Source of the DNA: a virus
Length of the DNA stretch: 64,000 nucleotides
Reading direction: 5' to 3' (one strand)
IMG/VR virus record: IMGVR_UViG_3300048838_000628
Span: 18,024 to 82,023 of that record
Within the stretch, counting starts at the first letter, position 1; every line of letters begins with the position of its first letter. Shown here in pieces: positions 1-10,154 of the stretch. Under the pieces are notes generated by a model. It made no database searches. It was not told the DNA's origin and saw only the letters and a list, made by a program, of their open reading frames with translations. Position numbers and translations under genes: made by a program.

Positions 1-279
1 AATAAAAAACAGAAACATATTTATTATTTAGAAAAAATAGCTGACAACGAAAAAGATAATATTTATATCTATGAAGTTAGACACAACAAAACGTTATTTG
101 GGCACGTATGGGTAGATATGCAAGACCCAGATGAGATAAAAATATACACACAATATACAGAGAGCAAAGAACGCTTTGCTTATTGTGACTATTTCAAAGA
201 AGCTTTTGGCACATTGACAACCGAAAAGCTTTATGCTATGTTTAGACCAGATATTGTGAAGGGCGGAGATCGTGTCTGA
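1..279 (+). CDS. 5'-truncated hypothetical protein (not in ORF track)
   Basis: Frame 1 is open from base 1 (NKKQKHIYYLEK...VKGGDRV) to TGA at 277-279, overlapping the next GTG start. Confidence 0.7.
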   Translation, partial: NKKQKHIYYLEKIADNEKDNIYIYEVRHNKTLFGHVWVDMQDPDEIKIYTQYTESKERFAYCDYFKEAFGTLTTEKLYAMFRPDIVKGGDRV

Positions 280-676
280 CAACTATATTAAGATTTTTAA
301 GAACGGGAAGTATGTATATATCTATAGATTTATACTTGGCACGAGAACAACTAACGGTGATATAGGCGATTTTATTGAATATAAAGTGTATGTCAAAAAG
401 AAAAATATGGAGAGCCTGTTTGTAACAACAGAGTTTTATATTGGCACATTGGGTGTGTATCAAGAAAATTTAGATAATCGAATTCTAGATACAGAAAGAG
501 GCAGGATAAGTTTACAGATTAAACTAACTGACAATAAACAGTATGAATTACCGGTTAGTTTGTTGCTAGACTATTTAAACCACTCTAGTGAAGAATTTCA
601 TCAGTTTGTTGTTCGACTTGTTTCTGAAGTTATTGAAATCATAAACAAAGATTTATTACATGAACAAAATAAATGA
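272..676 (+). CDS. hypothetical protein, distant member of tandem paralog family
   Basis: GDIGDFIEYKV resembles EEGDLIEYHI in 1459..1908; overlapping operon structure. Confidence 0.7.
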   Translation: MSDNYIKIFKNGKYVYIYRFILGTRTTNGDIGDFIEYKVYVKKKNMESLFVTTEFYIGTLGVYQENLDNRILDTERGRISLQIKLTDNKQYELPVSLLLDYLNHSSEEFHQFVVRLVSEVIEIINKDLLHEQNK

Positions 677-1079
677 GTTTATAAACCATGAACGGTTTGT
701 TTCTATTATGTCTCTAAGCAACGATGCTTTTGGATTGGGTTGCGAATTGCTTATTATATTTAACTCTGACCCATATGGAGAGAAGTGGCCGTTTAATAAA
801 TTCTTTGCCATTAACATACCAAATAGACTGTTAGTGTATATGTGCCCATTTGAAGTACAAATAAATAACGATTATTCCACTTCTATTGTTTATGACCCTG
901 CGATATTTTATACAATGACCTATAATCCTTATTCTAGTTTAGAGGGCATAGAATTCAATTCTGCAATTGACGGAGTACTTGAATCGCTCCCTAATTATAT
1001 TAGCACTCTGGCCGACGATGTATCTAGTTATCTTATAAGCACAAGCGAAAGATATGATATATGGTCATCCATACGCTAA
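660..1079 (+). CDS. hypothetical protein, tandem paralog family
   Basis: C-terminal SSYLISTSERYDIW resembles YxFIxxTExxYREW of the next two ORFs. Confidence 0.7.
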   Translation: MNKINEFINHERFVSIMSLSNDAFGLGCELLIIFNSDPYGEKWPFNKFFAINIPNRLLVYMCPFEVQINNDYSTSIVYDPAIFYTMTYNPYSSLEGIEFNSAIDGVLESLPNYISTLADDVSSYLISTSERYDIWSSIR

Positions 1080-1474
1080 TAACAGATCACAGATTTTTTA
1101 GAGGTTTAAATAAAGAAATCAACTGGTTTGATGAAGCTTATGAATTTCTTATTAACTACGATACTGATTATGTACCCAATAAACTGTTTAACGTGTACAA
1201 TAAAGATACAGATATAGAGTATGGCATTTTGCGCTTTACGGTTAATATTAAAGACGACATAACAACAATAGAATTCGATCTAGACTATATAGAAGAACTT
1301 ATACATATTCCAACTAAAGCTGATAAAAATTATTATTCAGAAGTAATGGCTGATATACGAAATCAAATAGTTGAAACCTATTTAGCATCACCTTATTCAA
1401 GCGAAGAATCTGAAGAAATCTACGGCTTTATTATAGATACCGAAAACGCTTATAGAGAATGGCTAAAACGATGA
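1061..1474 (+). CDS. hypothetical protein, tandem paralog family
   Basis: FDLDY and C-terminal YGFIIDTENAYREWLKR. Confidence 0.75.
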   Translation: MVIHTLITDHRFFRGLNKEINWFDEAYEFLINYDTDYVPNKLFNVYNKDTDIEYGILRFTVNIKDDITTIEFDLDYIEELIHIPTKADKNYYSEVMADIRNQIVETYLASPYSSEESEEIYGFIIDTENAYREWLKR

Positions 1475-1908
1475 TGTACACTTATAGATATTCAGACAGT
1501 GATATATTTGTTTATTCTTTAGATCAAAAAGTAAACTACGGTACTGAAGAAGGTGATTTAATAGAATACCATATTTCTATTGGCTATGATTCTAAAGACC
1601 GATTAGTTAGAAAAATTGCGATTGTTTCTAAAGAACTTTTTCAGTGTTCAACATTACCTTTTTCTGTTTATATATGTGAACAGAGTGTAGACGTAAGTTA
1701 TGACTTAGATTACATGTCTTTTGAATCCGAATTTAATAAAGATCAAAACGGCACAAGATTTCATCGTTTTAGATCAGCAGTTAACGCAATACGAGATTAT
1801 CTAATAGATGACTTGCTAGACCTTGGTAATCCAACAGACGAAACAAAAGCGGTATACGATTTTATTTTATCTACAGAAAAAGAGTATAGAGAATGGCTGA
1901 CCCGATGA
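1459..1908 (+). CDS. hypothetical protein, tandem paralog family (start probably 1471)
   Basis: YDLDY and C-terminal YDFILSTEKEYREWLTR. Confidence 0.75.
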   Translation: MAKTMMYTYRYSDSDIFVYSLDQKVNYGTEEGDLIEYHISIGYDSKDRLVRKIAIVSKELFQCSTLPFSVYICEQSVDVSYDLDYMSFESEFNKDQNGTRFHRFRSAVNAIRDYLIDDLLDLGNPTDETKAVYDFILSTEKEYREWLTR

Positions 1909-4769
1909 CAGAAATAATTCATTTGCATAACCATCTAGCAAGCCATGATACGTATGGCAGTATAGAATATTCTTTGGGCAAACTAGCAGAAAAGGGTATT
2001 AAGTATTACGCCACAACAGAACACGGCACTTTGCATCATGTTATTCGTTTGCTAAATGCTGCCAAAAATTACGACATCAACATCATCGTTGGACTTGAAC
2101 CTTATGTAGAATACAATGACCAAATCTATCACATTACACTTCTAGCAAAGAACAAAGAAGGTTACTATAATTTAGTACGACTAAACAATAAAGCAAAGAT
2201 GCGCGGTGCTGGTAGCATGAAGCGCAACCGTAGCGTCGTTACTATTGACGATTTAATTGAATTCTCTGAAAACGTTATTATGCTCTCTGGTTGTCCTGCT
2301 TCGCCTTTGCAAACAACAGAACTTGACATGGTTCTTGTTTCGCGTTTAAAGGCGGCCTACGGTGATGATTTTTATGCAGAGGTACAGATACTAGGAGAGG
2401 ACGATAAACACGCTCTACGGGGCTTGCAGATAGCAAAAACAACCGGTTCTAAGATCGTTGTGACTAATGATAATCACTTTATCTTAGAAAGCGATGCAAA
2501 GAGTCATGAACGGTTTATGCGAGTTATTCACGGGTTTGCTTATGATAGCTCAAATAACTTTTGTGCTACAGCAGACGAGATTGTTGCGCGCAATCCTAAA
2601 CTAGAAACTCTTATTAGAGAAGGGATCGCTAATACACACGAAGTATTAAGCAAGATCGAATTCTTTAATTTAAACGCAGAGCCTACTCTGCCTGAAATTC
2701 CTGATGCTGAAAACATTTTACGAAAATTAGTTTATGAAGGGCTAAATGAAAAAGTTGTTGCTGGTCTTGTTGAAGACAATAACGAAACACGAGAACAGAT
2801 CGAATACGAACTTAGCGTTATCACAGACAACCATTTTGCGAGTTACTTTTTACTAACTAAAGATATTCTTGATTATGCGAGAACGAATAAAATTAAAGTG
2901 GGTTATGGTCGTGGAAGCGCCGCTGGCAGTATTGTTTCTTACTTGTTGGGGATTACTCAAGTTAATCCTAAAAGCTATGGTCTGCTTTTTGAGAGGTTTT
3001 TAAATCCTTCACGTATTGAGATGCCAGATATTGATAACGATATTGCTAGTAGTGGTCGCAAACAAGTGCTTGAATACGCCAATAGCAAATATGGCGCTTT
3101 GCAAGTAGCGGCGTTTGATACATTTGGTTTACGTAGCACATTGACCTACGGCAAAAAGATTGGGGACTTTCATTTAAATCAAGACGATATTATTCCAATG
3201 CACGAAGAAGATGATTACGAAGGAGTTAAATACGCAGAGTTTGCTAAGAAATATCCTGATTATGATAACTTTGCCAAGCCATTAGACGGTCAGATTAAAA
3301 ACATCTCTCGACATGCAGGTGGTATTGTTATTGTGCCAGACCAAGAAAAGGATCATATTCCGCTAGAGCAAAGCCCTGATGGGGATTTAATTGCCGCGTT
3401 TGCTGAAGGGCAAAGCGGCAAAGATTTGGCGTTAGCCGGTATGGTTAAGTTTGACGTTCTAGGATTAACCGCACTTGACATTCTACAGGAACTAGAGCAT
3501 ACTACGGGTGTTGAAGCGCCACATCCCCCTATAGGCGATTCTGTAGAGTTTGATATATTCCGTAGCGGTAAGACTTCTGGCGTGTTTCAGTTTTCTGGTG
3601 CAGGCATTACTAGATTTACAAAAGAAGCGCATCCGACAGACTTTGAAGATATTATCGCTATTAATGCAGTATATCGTAAAGGTACACTTCTTGGCGGTAC
3701 TGGAGAGCTTTATAAGAAAGTTAAGACAACTGGTAAACCTAGGCTTCTTGGACATGCCGAGATTGATAAAATCCTAAAGAAAACATATGGCTTGATTATT
3801 TACCAAGAAGATGTTATGAAGTTATACGCTTGGGCTACCGATAAGGACTTTGCCCATGCTGACTTTGCTAGAAAGACTTTGGTTAAGTTTAATAAAAACA
3901 ATCCCAAGTCTGTAGCCGCTGTTGAACAGCTGAAACAAGAAATGTTTGATGGTATGGCTAAGAAAGGTGTTAGCAAAAAGGTTCAGAACGAACTGTGGAG
4001 CGAGATCGTTACTCATAGCATGTATAGTTTTAATCGCTCACATGCTGTAGCGTATAGCTTTATTTCTTGGGCTATGGCGTGGTTTAAGTATCACTACCCT
4101 CTTGACTTTTATACTGTGTGCCTGAATTATCGTTCACACGAAGAACGTCAACAATTTATCTTTGATATTATTTCTGAAGGCTATGAAATTTCATTTCCAG
4201 ATGTTAATATCTCTGATGAAAAGTTTCGTAATGACGGCAAGAAAGTATTTATGCCATTAAGTGAAATTAAGGGCGTAGGCGGTGTTGCAGTAAATGAAAT
4301 TATTAGCAATCGTCCTTTTGTATCTGTTGAGGATATGACACTCAAATGTATTAAGCGTGCGCTAAACAAAAAGGTTTTATCAGCGCTTTATTTTACCGGA
4401 GCGTTAGATTCTATTATTAGCTCTGATGCTGATAGAGAGTTTTTGCGCTTAGACGATTATACTAGATTAAATTATCGAGAAGTACAGCAAAAATATTTTG
4501 ATCTAAAGATACCAACCAAAGCAATTTATGATCGCGTACTTGAAGTTCTAGATAAGAAATATAATAATAAAAATAAGTATAAGCTTTATGCTGGCGTTAT
4601 CGCAGATAAAGAGCTTAAAAATAAAACAGTCTATAAATATATTGTTGTTCCTGATGGGCAGATGTTTTTTCTATCTGCTGATGATGAACACAATAAGCAG
4701 TTAGAAGTAGGTGACTGGATTTTGTTAGCTATGAACTATCGTAAGATAGAGAAATTGAGCAAACTATAA
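1893..4769 (+). CDS. dnaE: DNA polymerase III alpha subunit (family C), start probably 1905
   Basis: PHP motifs HLHNH, TEHG, TNDNH; GRGSAAGS; LLFERFLNP; catalytic PDIDND; KFDVLGL; YSFNRSHA; HhH IKGVG. Confidence 0.97.
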   Translation: MADPMTEIIHLHNHLASHDTYGSIEYSLGKLAEKGIKYYATTEHGTLHHVIRLLNAAKNYDINIIVGLEPYVEYNDQIYHITLLAKNKEGYYNLVRLNNKAKMRGAGSMKRNRSVVTIDDLIEFSENVIMLSGCPASPLQTTELDMVLVSRLKAAYGDDFYAEVQILGEDDKHALRGLQIAKTTGSKIVVTNDNHFILESDAKSHERFMRVIHGFAYDSSNNFCATADEIVARNPKLETLIREGIANTHEVLSKIEFFNLNAEPTLPEIPDAENILRKLVYEGLNEKVVAGLVEDNNETREQIEYELSVITDNHFASYFLLTKDILDYARTNKIKVGYGRGSAAGSIVSYLLGITQVNPKSYGLLFERFLNPSRIEMPDIDNDIASSGRKQVLEYANSKYGALQVAAFDTFGLRSTLTYGKKIGDFHLNQDDIIPMHEEDDYEGVKYAEFAKKYPDYDNFAKPLDGQIKNISRHAGGIVIVPDQEKDHIPLEQSPDGDLIAAFAEGQSGKDLALAGMVKFDVLGLTALDILQELEHTTGVEAPHPPIGDSVEFDIFRSGKTSGVFQFSGAGITRFTKEAHPTDFEDIIAINAVYRKGTLLGGTGELYKKVKTTGKPRLLGHAEIDKILKKTYGLIIYQEDVMKLYAWATDKDFAHADFARKTLVKFNKNNPKSVAAVEQLKQEMFDGMAKKGVSKKVQNELWSEIVTHSMYSFNRSHAVAYSFISWAMAWFKYHYPLDFYTVCLNYRSHEERQQFIFDIISEGYEISFPDVNISDEKFRNDGKKVFMPLSEIKGVGGVAVNEIISNRPFVSVEDMTLKCIKRALNKKVLSALYFTGALDSIISSDADREFLRLDDYTRLNYREVQQKYFDLKIPTKAIYDRVLEVLDKKYNNKNKYKLYAGVIADKELKNKTVYKYIVVPDGQMFFLSADDEHNKQLEVGDWILLAMNYRKIEKLSKL

Positions 4770-5383
4770 TGCAAGTATTCCTACCAATTAAAGTTACTGA
4801 AGAAAAAGATATATGGCGCATTTGCGAAATCTTAGACCGCGCTAGAGCAAACAAACAAATTATGGAATGTAAAACTATTCTTAATGGAGGTTGGCCTAAT
4901 CATCCATGTAGCAAGATGTACGCAGAGAACGAGCAGACAATAGCAAGTCTTTTGTTTTATTCTACAAATCTGCTATTGACATTTAACAAAACCTATGGTA
5001 TAGTACATAAGACGAACTTTGACGAATTCCTTCCAGAAGAAGAATTTGAGTTCGAGCTACCGCATTGGTTTACAGATGAAAACTTCTACAGTCATCATGC
5101 TGCCGCACTAATCAGAAAAAACCCAACCTATTATACTCTGTATCCTGATGTGCTTAAAAACGCACAGAACCTATTAACTAATGCCGACATTGAATATCTT
5201 ATGGAGATTGAGGACGAAGAAATAAGAACAGAATTGCTTAAACACAAGTTTAATTTTGAACATAACACCGGCGGAGAAACAGAACTCTTTGATAAAATAA
5301 GTTCAATTTATAAAAAGATGCCGAATATCTATTGGTCACATAAAAGCAATACCTATATTTATTATCCGCAGCAGTATTCTTAG
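4769..5383 (+). CDS. pyrimidine-dimer DNA glycosylase (DenV / MSMEG_6728-like)
   Basis: MQVFLP...LDRARANKQIME...GWPNHPCSKMY...SHHAALIRKNP matches the family pattern. Confidence 0.8.
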   Translation: MQVFLPIKVTEEKDIWRICEILDRARANKQIMECKTILNGGWPNHPCSKMYAENEQTIASLLFYSTNLLLTFNKTYGIVHKTNFDEFLPEEEFEFELPHWFTDENFYSHHAAALIRKNPTYYTLYPDVLKNAQNLLTNADIEYLMEIEDEEIRTELLKHKFNFEHNTGGETELFDKISSIYKKMPNIYWSHKSNTYIYYPQQYS

Positions 5384-5392
5384 GAGAATGTT

Positions 5393-6715
5393 ATGTCTTG
5401 GTTCGGCCCGCTAGTAACTAAGGTTCTGAAAGAAAAAGCATATGAGACTAAGAACTTCTTAGACCAGCTTCCTAAAGAAGCATACGATGAAATGCAGATC
5501 AAGGTGTTAAATTATATTGACGAATATCGTGTCACTTTTGGCGATATGCCAAATCTAGAAATCTTTAAAACAGACTATCCGCAATATTATACAGAAGTTT
5601 ATATCAACGTTCCTATTGAGGATTTGCGAGAACGCTTTAAGCAAGATTCAATTAAATATCTTGTGAATAAACGTATCAATGAATTTGAAATTGGTAAAGC
5701 AAAAGGTGTAGATCAAACCGAGCCGATTTATATTTTGGTTAACGAGATTAATACAGTTAATCAAGCAGGAAGAAATAAGGTTAAACGTGCCACTGATGTT
5801 AAAAACGTGTTTGAAACATTTGGTGGTGAAAGTATTTCTCTTGGTGTACCATTTATTGATAACGTTGTTAAGATGTACGCTGGAAATTATTATTGTTTCT
5901 ATGGACAATCTGGCGGTACTAAAAGCTATTTGATGTCTTATATCGCAGCACAACTAGCTCTTGCTGGTAAGAGGGTTTTAATTGCTCCATGTGAAGTTGG
6001 TAATGACGGTTATATTGCACGAATTAGCGGCATACTAAACAACTTCTCTTTGCGCAACGCTCTATCAGAGATAGAAAAAGATAAGGCGGCTATTGATAAA
6101 TATGACCGTATTGCGAATGTAAGCATGAATTACCTTTCTATGGTTCGTGGTGGGGAGATTTATTTTACAGACAAAGTATTCCCAACTATTTCTGATATTG
6201 AGAACGATTATAAAAATGTTAAACCAGATATTGTTATTGTAGATAGTGTTTATGATCTTGCTGCACGACATGAAAAATATAGCAAGAACAAATACGAAGC
6301 TGAAGCTGATATTTCTCGGCAGATTAAAGAATTTTGCAAGTCTGGTGTAACAATTGACGATCACGTATATAAGCCGCGTATTCTTGTAGCCTCACAGTTG
6401 TCTCGTAACGCTAACAGTAAAACTGGCAACATGAGCGCATCTGATATTTTTGGTAGCACACAGTTCTTCTTTGATGCTGACAATTTCTTTCTTGTGTTCC
6501 GTTCACCGATTGAAGATAACTATTGTGTAGAGAGCATCAAGACACGCAATAGCGAAATGATTAAAGGCACTTACACAATTCACTGGGACACTATGGTATT
6601 TGACTTTGAAACATATTTTGGTGTCAATGTATATGACGGCATCAAAACCCTTGGCAAGCATACCAAGAAAGATATTACCGATTACGCTCTTAGAGATTTA
6701 GGAATTACGCTATGA
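5393..6715 (+). CDS. DnaB-like (SF4) replicative helicase
   Basis: Walker A-like GQSGGTKS, catalytic E in PCEV, Walker B IVIVDS, ASQLSR, DAD, KTRN. Confidence 0.85.
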   Translation: MSWFGPLVTKVLKEKAYETKNFLDQLPKEAYDEMQIKVLNYIDEYRVTFGDMPNLEIFKTDYPQYYTEVYINVPIEDLRERFKQDSIKYLVNKRINEFEIGKAKGVDQTEPIYILVNEINTVNQAGRNKVKRATDVKNVFETFGGESISLGVPFIDNVVKMYAGNYYCFYGQSGGTKSYLMSYIAAQLALAGKRVLIAPCEVGNDGYIARISGILNNFSLRNALSEIEKDKAAIDKYDRIANVSMNYLSMVRGGEIYFTDKVFPTISDIENDYKNVKPDIVIVDSVYDLAARHEKYSKNKYEAEADISRQIKEFCKSGVTIDDHVYKPRILVASQLSRNANSKTGNMSASDIFGSTQFFFDADNFFLVFRSPIEDNYCVESIKTRNSEMIKGTYTIHWDTMVFDFETYFGVNVYDGIKTLGKHTKKDITDYALRDLGITL

Positions 6716-7590
6716 TAGGCGTTGATGTAAACAAGCTAGGGTTATCTGTAGCAAAGATATATCACAATACAGAAAGTTATAGCGTTTACTGTCCGTTTGG
6801 TACAGAGCGCACACCTAACGCTGTTTACAACCCGATCAAAGATAGTTTTAAATGTTATGCTTGTGGTGTGCAAATAAATAAACGTGCATCTCAAAAGATC
6901 ATCCAGTACACGCTAGGCAGTGTTGAATATAAAGACGTAAAATTTGATAAAGATAAGCAACAAGAATATAAACAATATCTCAAGCTGCCTGTAGCATTAC
7001 ATAATGCTTATATACAAAGTAGAGGTTATGATAATAGTGTTATCTCACACTTTGATGTCAGGGAAGATGACACTGGAATATATTTCCCTGTTCAACTTGT
7101 TGGTGGCGAAGTAGCGGGTGTTCAGAAAAGATTATATCACCCGTGGAATGATTTACGATATATTTATCTCGGTAACAGAGTTCCGCTTTATAACATGCAA
7201 AAAATACGCAAATACACTGGTGAAAGAATTTATATTGTCGAAGGTGTATTTGGAGTGTTAAACGCTTATCGTCATGGTTTTGAAAACGTTTTCGCTCTAC
7301 TAGGGGTGTCTAATGTAAACAGAAAAATAGTTAATTCTCTAAAAGAATATGACGTACATCTTATATTTGACGATGACAAGGCCGGTTATATAAATGCTAT
7401 TAAATGGTTGAATATTAATCCACAAGCCAAAGCTATAGTAACCGGTCTTGAAGCTGATGAAATAGATTGGGGAATTTTACACGATGGGTTATTTACTTCT
7501 AGAATTTCTAGACTTGTAGAAAGTTCTGAAGCGGCAGGAGTGCATAAATCAGAATTGGAGTTCTTGTTTGACAAACCATTTACTGTATAA
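6712..7590 (+). CDS. DNA primase (Zn-finger + TOPRIM)
   Basis: CPF...FKCYAC, IYFPV, IVEG, FDDDKAG; adjacent to helicase. Confidence 0.88.
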   Translation: MIGVDVNKLGLSVAKIYHNTESYSVYCPFGTERTPNAVYNPIKDSFKCYACGVQINKRASQKIIQYTLGSVEYKDVKFDKDKQQEYKQYLKLPVALHNAYIQSRGYDNSVISHFDVREDDTGIYFPVQLVGGEVAGVQKRLYHPWNDLRYIYLGNRVPLYNMQKIRKYTGERIYIVEGVFGVLNAYRHGFENVFALLGVSNVNRKIVNSLKEYDVHLIFDDDKAGYINAIKWLNINPQAKAIVTGLEADEIDWGILHDGLFTSRISRLVESSEAAGVHKSELEFLFDKPFTV

Positions 7591-8218
7591 TAAGAACGGT
7601 GTGAAAAAGAAAATTGATGAAACACAATTATATCCAACACCTACGGAAATTATCACAGAAATTCTAGATGAAATATTTAGCAAATATCTTTATGATTATT
7701 CTAGAATGGGCACAGATACATTTAATATCTTAGATGCTGGTGCGTTTGATGGGCGTTGGGGCGGATATTTCCAAACATGGGTACAGGATTACTATAAAAT
7801 CAAGACGCACGCTACGTATATAGAGTTGCTTGACGAAGCTACAGTTTTAAAAGCAGGACGCTCTTATTGGGATAGAGACAAAAGTACCGTCTTGTTTGAA
7901 ACAAGTTTTCTTGATTATGCTCCAGAAGAAAAATTTAACGTAGTAATTGGGAATCCGCCTTACGGCAAAGAGTTCCCTTTATTTTGGAAAAAAGCTAAAG
8001 AATGTTTAATACCAAATGGATTAATTATGTGGCTACTGCCAACAGAATACCTGAACGGGCAATGGCGCAAAGATAACGTTAATCCATATTTAGAACATGT
8101 TTATAATCTTAGTAGGCGTATTGACTTTACGGGTAAAGGTAGTCCTAATCGAAACTATTCTTTCTTTGTTTACAACATGAGCAAAATTACCGAAGGGTAC
8201 ACTGGACACATACTATGA
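7568..8218 (+). CDS. N6-adenine DNA methyltransferase (NPPY; start probably GTG 7600)
   Basis: YPTP, motif I ILDAGAFDG, motif IV GNPPY. Confidence 0.85.
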   Translation: MTNHLLYNKNGVKKKIDETQLYPTPTEIITEILDEIFSKYLYDYSRMGTDTFNILDAGAFDGRWGGYFQTWVQDYYKIKTHATYIELLDEATVLKAGRSYWDRDKSTVLFETSFLDYAPEEKFNVVIGNPPYGKEFPLFWKKAKECLIPNGLIMWLLPTEYLNGQWRKDNVNPYLEHVYNLSRRIDFTGKGSPNRNYSFFVYNMSKITEGYTGHIL

Positions 8219-8907
8219 GATACATGGGCGGTAAATATAAAATTGCTAAAAGTCTTGTTGCTATTTTTAGCCAATCAGAATATGATACTTATATCGAGCC
8301 TTTTGCTGGTGGCATGAACGTTATCGATAAGGTTAAAGGTAAAAGAATAGCTAATGATATTAACCTTTATACTATAGCGTTATTTGATTCTGTTTCTAAT
8401 CATGAGTGGATACCGCCTGAAGATATAACAAAAGAACAATATGATTATGTGATGAATAATTATAAAGAGCTGCCGCCTAACCTAGTTGGGTATGTTCTTT
8501 CTGGTTGTTCTTTTGGCGGTAAATGGCGCGGCAGTTACGCGCATCCAAACGGTAAAAGACATTATGGAAACGAAGCAAGACGAGCCATATTAAAACAAGG
8601 ACTATTACTTGCTGGAACAGAATTTGTTTCTAAAGACTATAAAGATTTAGAAATTGGCAAAGGCAATTTAGTTTATTGTGATCCGCCTTATGCTGATACC
8701 ACTGAATATGGTATTGAAAAAGGATTTGACCACAAAGAGTTTTGGGATTGGGTACGGTTTGCTTCTTTAAACAATATCGTTTATGTAAGCGAATTAACAG
8801 CACCAGATGATTTTGAAGTTGTTTGGCAAAAAGAAATCAATCACACTTTAGATAAGAAATCAAACAAACGAAAAACTATTGAAAAATTATTTAGGTGTAA
8901 AAAGTGA
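8215..8907 (+). CDS. Dam-like (D12 class) DNA adenine methyltransferase
   Basis: RYMGGK, EPFAGG, ANDIN, VYCDPPY. Confidence 0.92.
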   Translation: MRYMGGKYKIAKSLVAIFSQSEYDTYIEPFAGGMNVIDKVKGKRIANDINLYTIALFDSVSNHEWIPPEDITKEQYDYVMNNYKELPPNLVGYVLSGCSFGGKWRGSYAHPNGKRHYGNEARRAILKQGLLLAGTEFVSKDYKDLEIGKGNLVYCDPPYADTTEYGIEKGFDHKEFWDWVRFASLNNIVYVSELTAPDDFEVVWQKEINHTLDKKSNKRKTIEKLFRCKK

Positions 8908-9815
8908 AAAACTTAGGGTTCTATGAAAGCTTTAATCTAGTCTATCCAAAGATAATTTCCGCAATCACAGAACTAAGCAATGTAATCTTTACACTTCTAC
9001 GCAACCTAATTACGACAATTTTCATTCCAGTTATTCTTGTATTGGTAGTCGCTGTAGAAATTCCACGAGTGCAATCGGGTATCGCTTTATTTGATAATAA
9101 CCCTACACACTCTAATTTTTCGGCCATTGTAATTGTATTGAGCTTTATCGTGTATCAGACACTAGATCACTTTGTTAAAGAACGCGAAGGCTATATTCGC
9201 AAACCAATATGGAACTTAAAAGTATTTGCCTTAAACTTATTATATCGAATTGGAGTTGGTGAAAAACGTTATGTCCCACAAAGCAGCAAATACTCTTTTG
9301 TATCTGGACTGCTGAAATGGGGCATTATTATTATATCATTTATTGGTACAATGCAGCCACAAATTGTAGCAACCGGTGAAGAAGTTTGGTATACTGCAAT
9401 TGTAAAAGTATTTCTAAACTCCAACCTAGAAACGTTTACCGGCTGGATTGTTGGCCTGATCTTCACATTTATGCTTGTGTACGCATCTGGTACGCTTGCG
9501 TATCATATCGCTGCTACTGCGTCTGAAGCACTTAAAGAGATTCAGATACGTGGCAAGATAATCGAAAACAATATTCGTAGACATACTATGTTGACACCAG
9601 AGCAATTTGGGCGTATGATTAGAAGTAGGAAAATACGACACTTTAAATATCTGGACGATGATAAGTTTAGCTATGATGAAACTGGCAATATTGCAATTTT
9701 CTATGATTCGATTAATGAGACAGAACTGGAGTTTAGTTTAAATGAAAGTGCAGACAAGGCGCGGCTATTCAAGTACCTCAACGAAAACAGAGGTCTTGAG
9801 AATAATTCGGATTAA
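8904..9815 (+). CDS. multi-pass membrane protein, unknown function
   Basis: About four hydrophobic segments plus a soluble C-terminal domain. Confidence 0.7.
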   Translation: MKNLGFYESFNLVYPKIISAITELSNVIFTLLRNLITTIFIPVILVLVVAVEIPRVQSGIALFDNNPTHSNFSAIVIVLSFIVYQTLDHFVKEREGYIRKPIWNLKVFALNLLYRIGVGEKRYVPQSSKYSFVSGLLKWGIIIISFIGTMQPQIVATGEEVWYTAIVKVFLNSNLETFTGWIVGLIFTFMLVYASGTLAYHIAATASEALKEIQIRGKIIENNIRRHTMLTPEQFGRMIRSRKIRHFKYLDDDKFSYDETGNIAIFYDSINETELEFSLNESADKARLFKYLNENRGLENNSD

Positions 9816-10152
9816 TGATCGTCTTTTGATTTTCAATAATCAAGAAGAATTTGACAATACTATTAATGGAATTTATAGTCAGCTTGTTGCCGTTGGAGAC
9901 TTTCTTTATATTGACTACAGCGGCGAATATGTTATTATTAACAAAAACACAATCAAAGAAATTGAAACTTATACAAGTCAGACAGGCTTCGTTAACTTTA
10001 TTCTAGAACAGATCAAAGAGATTTCTGGTATTACTGAATTGCACAAAGCAAAAGCAGATAAGGATTTCTTCTTTGAACTTTCTACAACTTACACTAAAGA
10101 ACGCTTTGTAGTCTTACAAGAAATGTTTAATCAACTCATGAGAGGGTATTAA
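9742..10152 (+). CDS. hypothetical protein (start probably TTG 9796)
   Basis: In-operon ORF; AGAGG upstream of 9796. Confidence 0.6.
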   Translation: MKVQTRRGYSSTSTKTEVLRIIRINDRLLIFNNQEEFDNTINGIYSQLVAVGDFLYIDYSGEYVIINKNTIKEIETYTSQTGFVNFILEQIKEISGITELHKAKADKDFFFELSTTYTKERFVVLQEMFNQLMRGY

Positions 10153-10154
10153 TC

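Noticed and set aside
7568-7591. TTGACA...TATAAT promoter before the methyltransferase
   Set aside because: The spacer is only 12 bp and lies inside the primase gene end; at most an extended -10.
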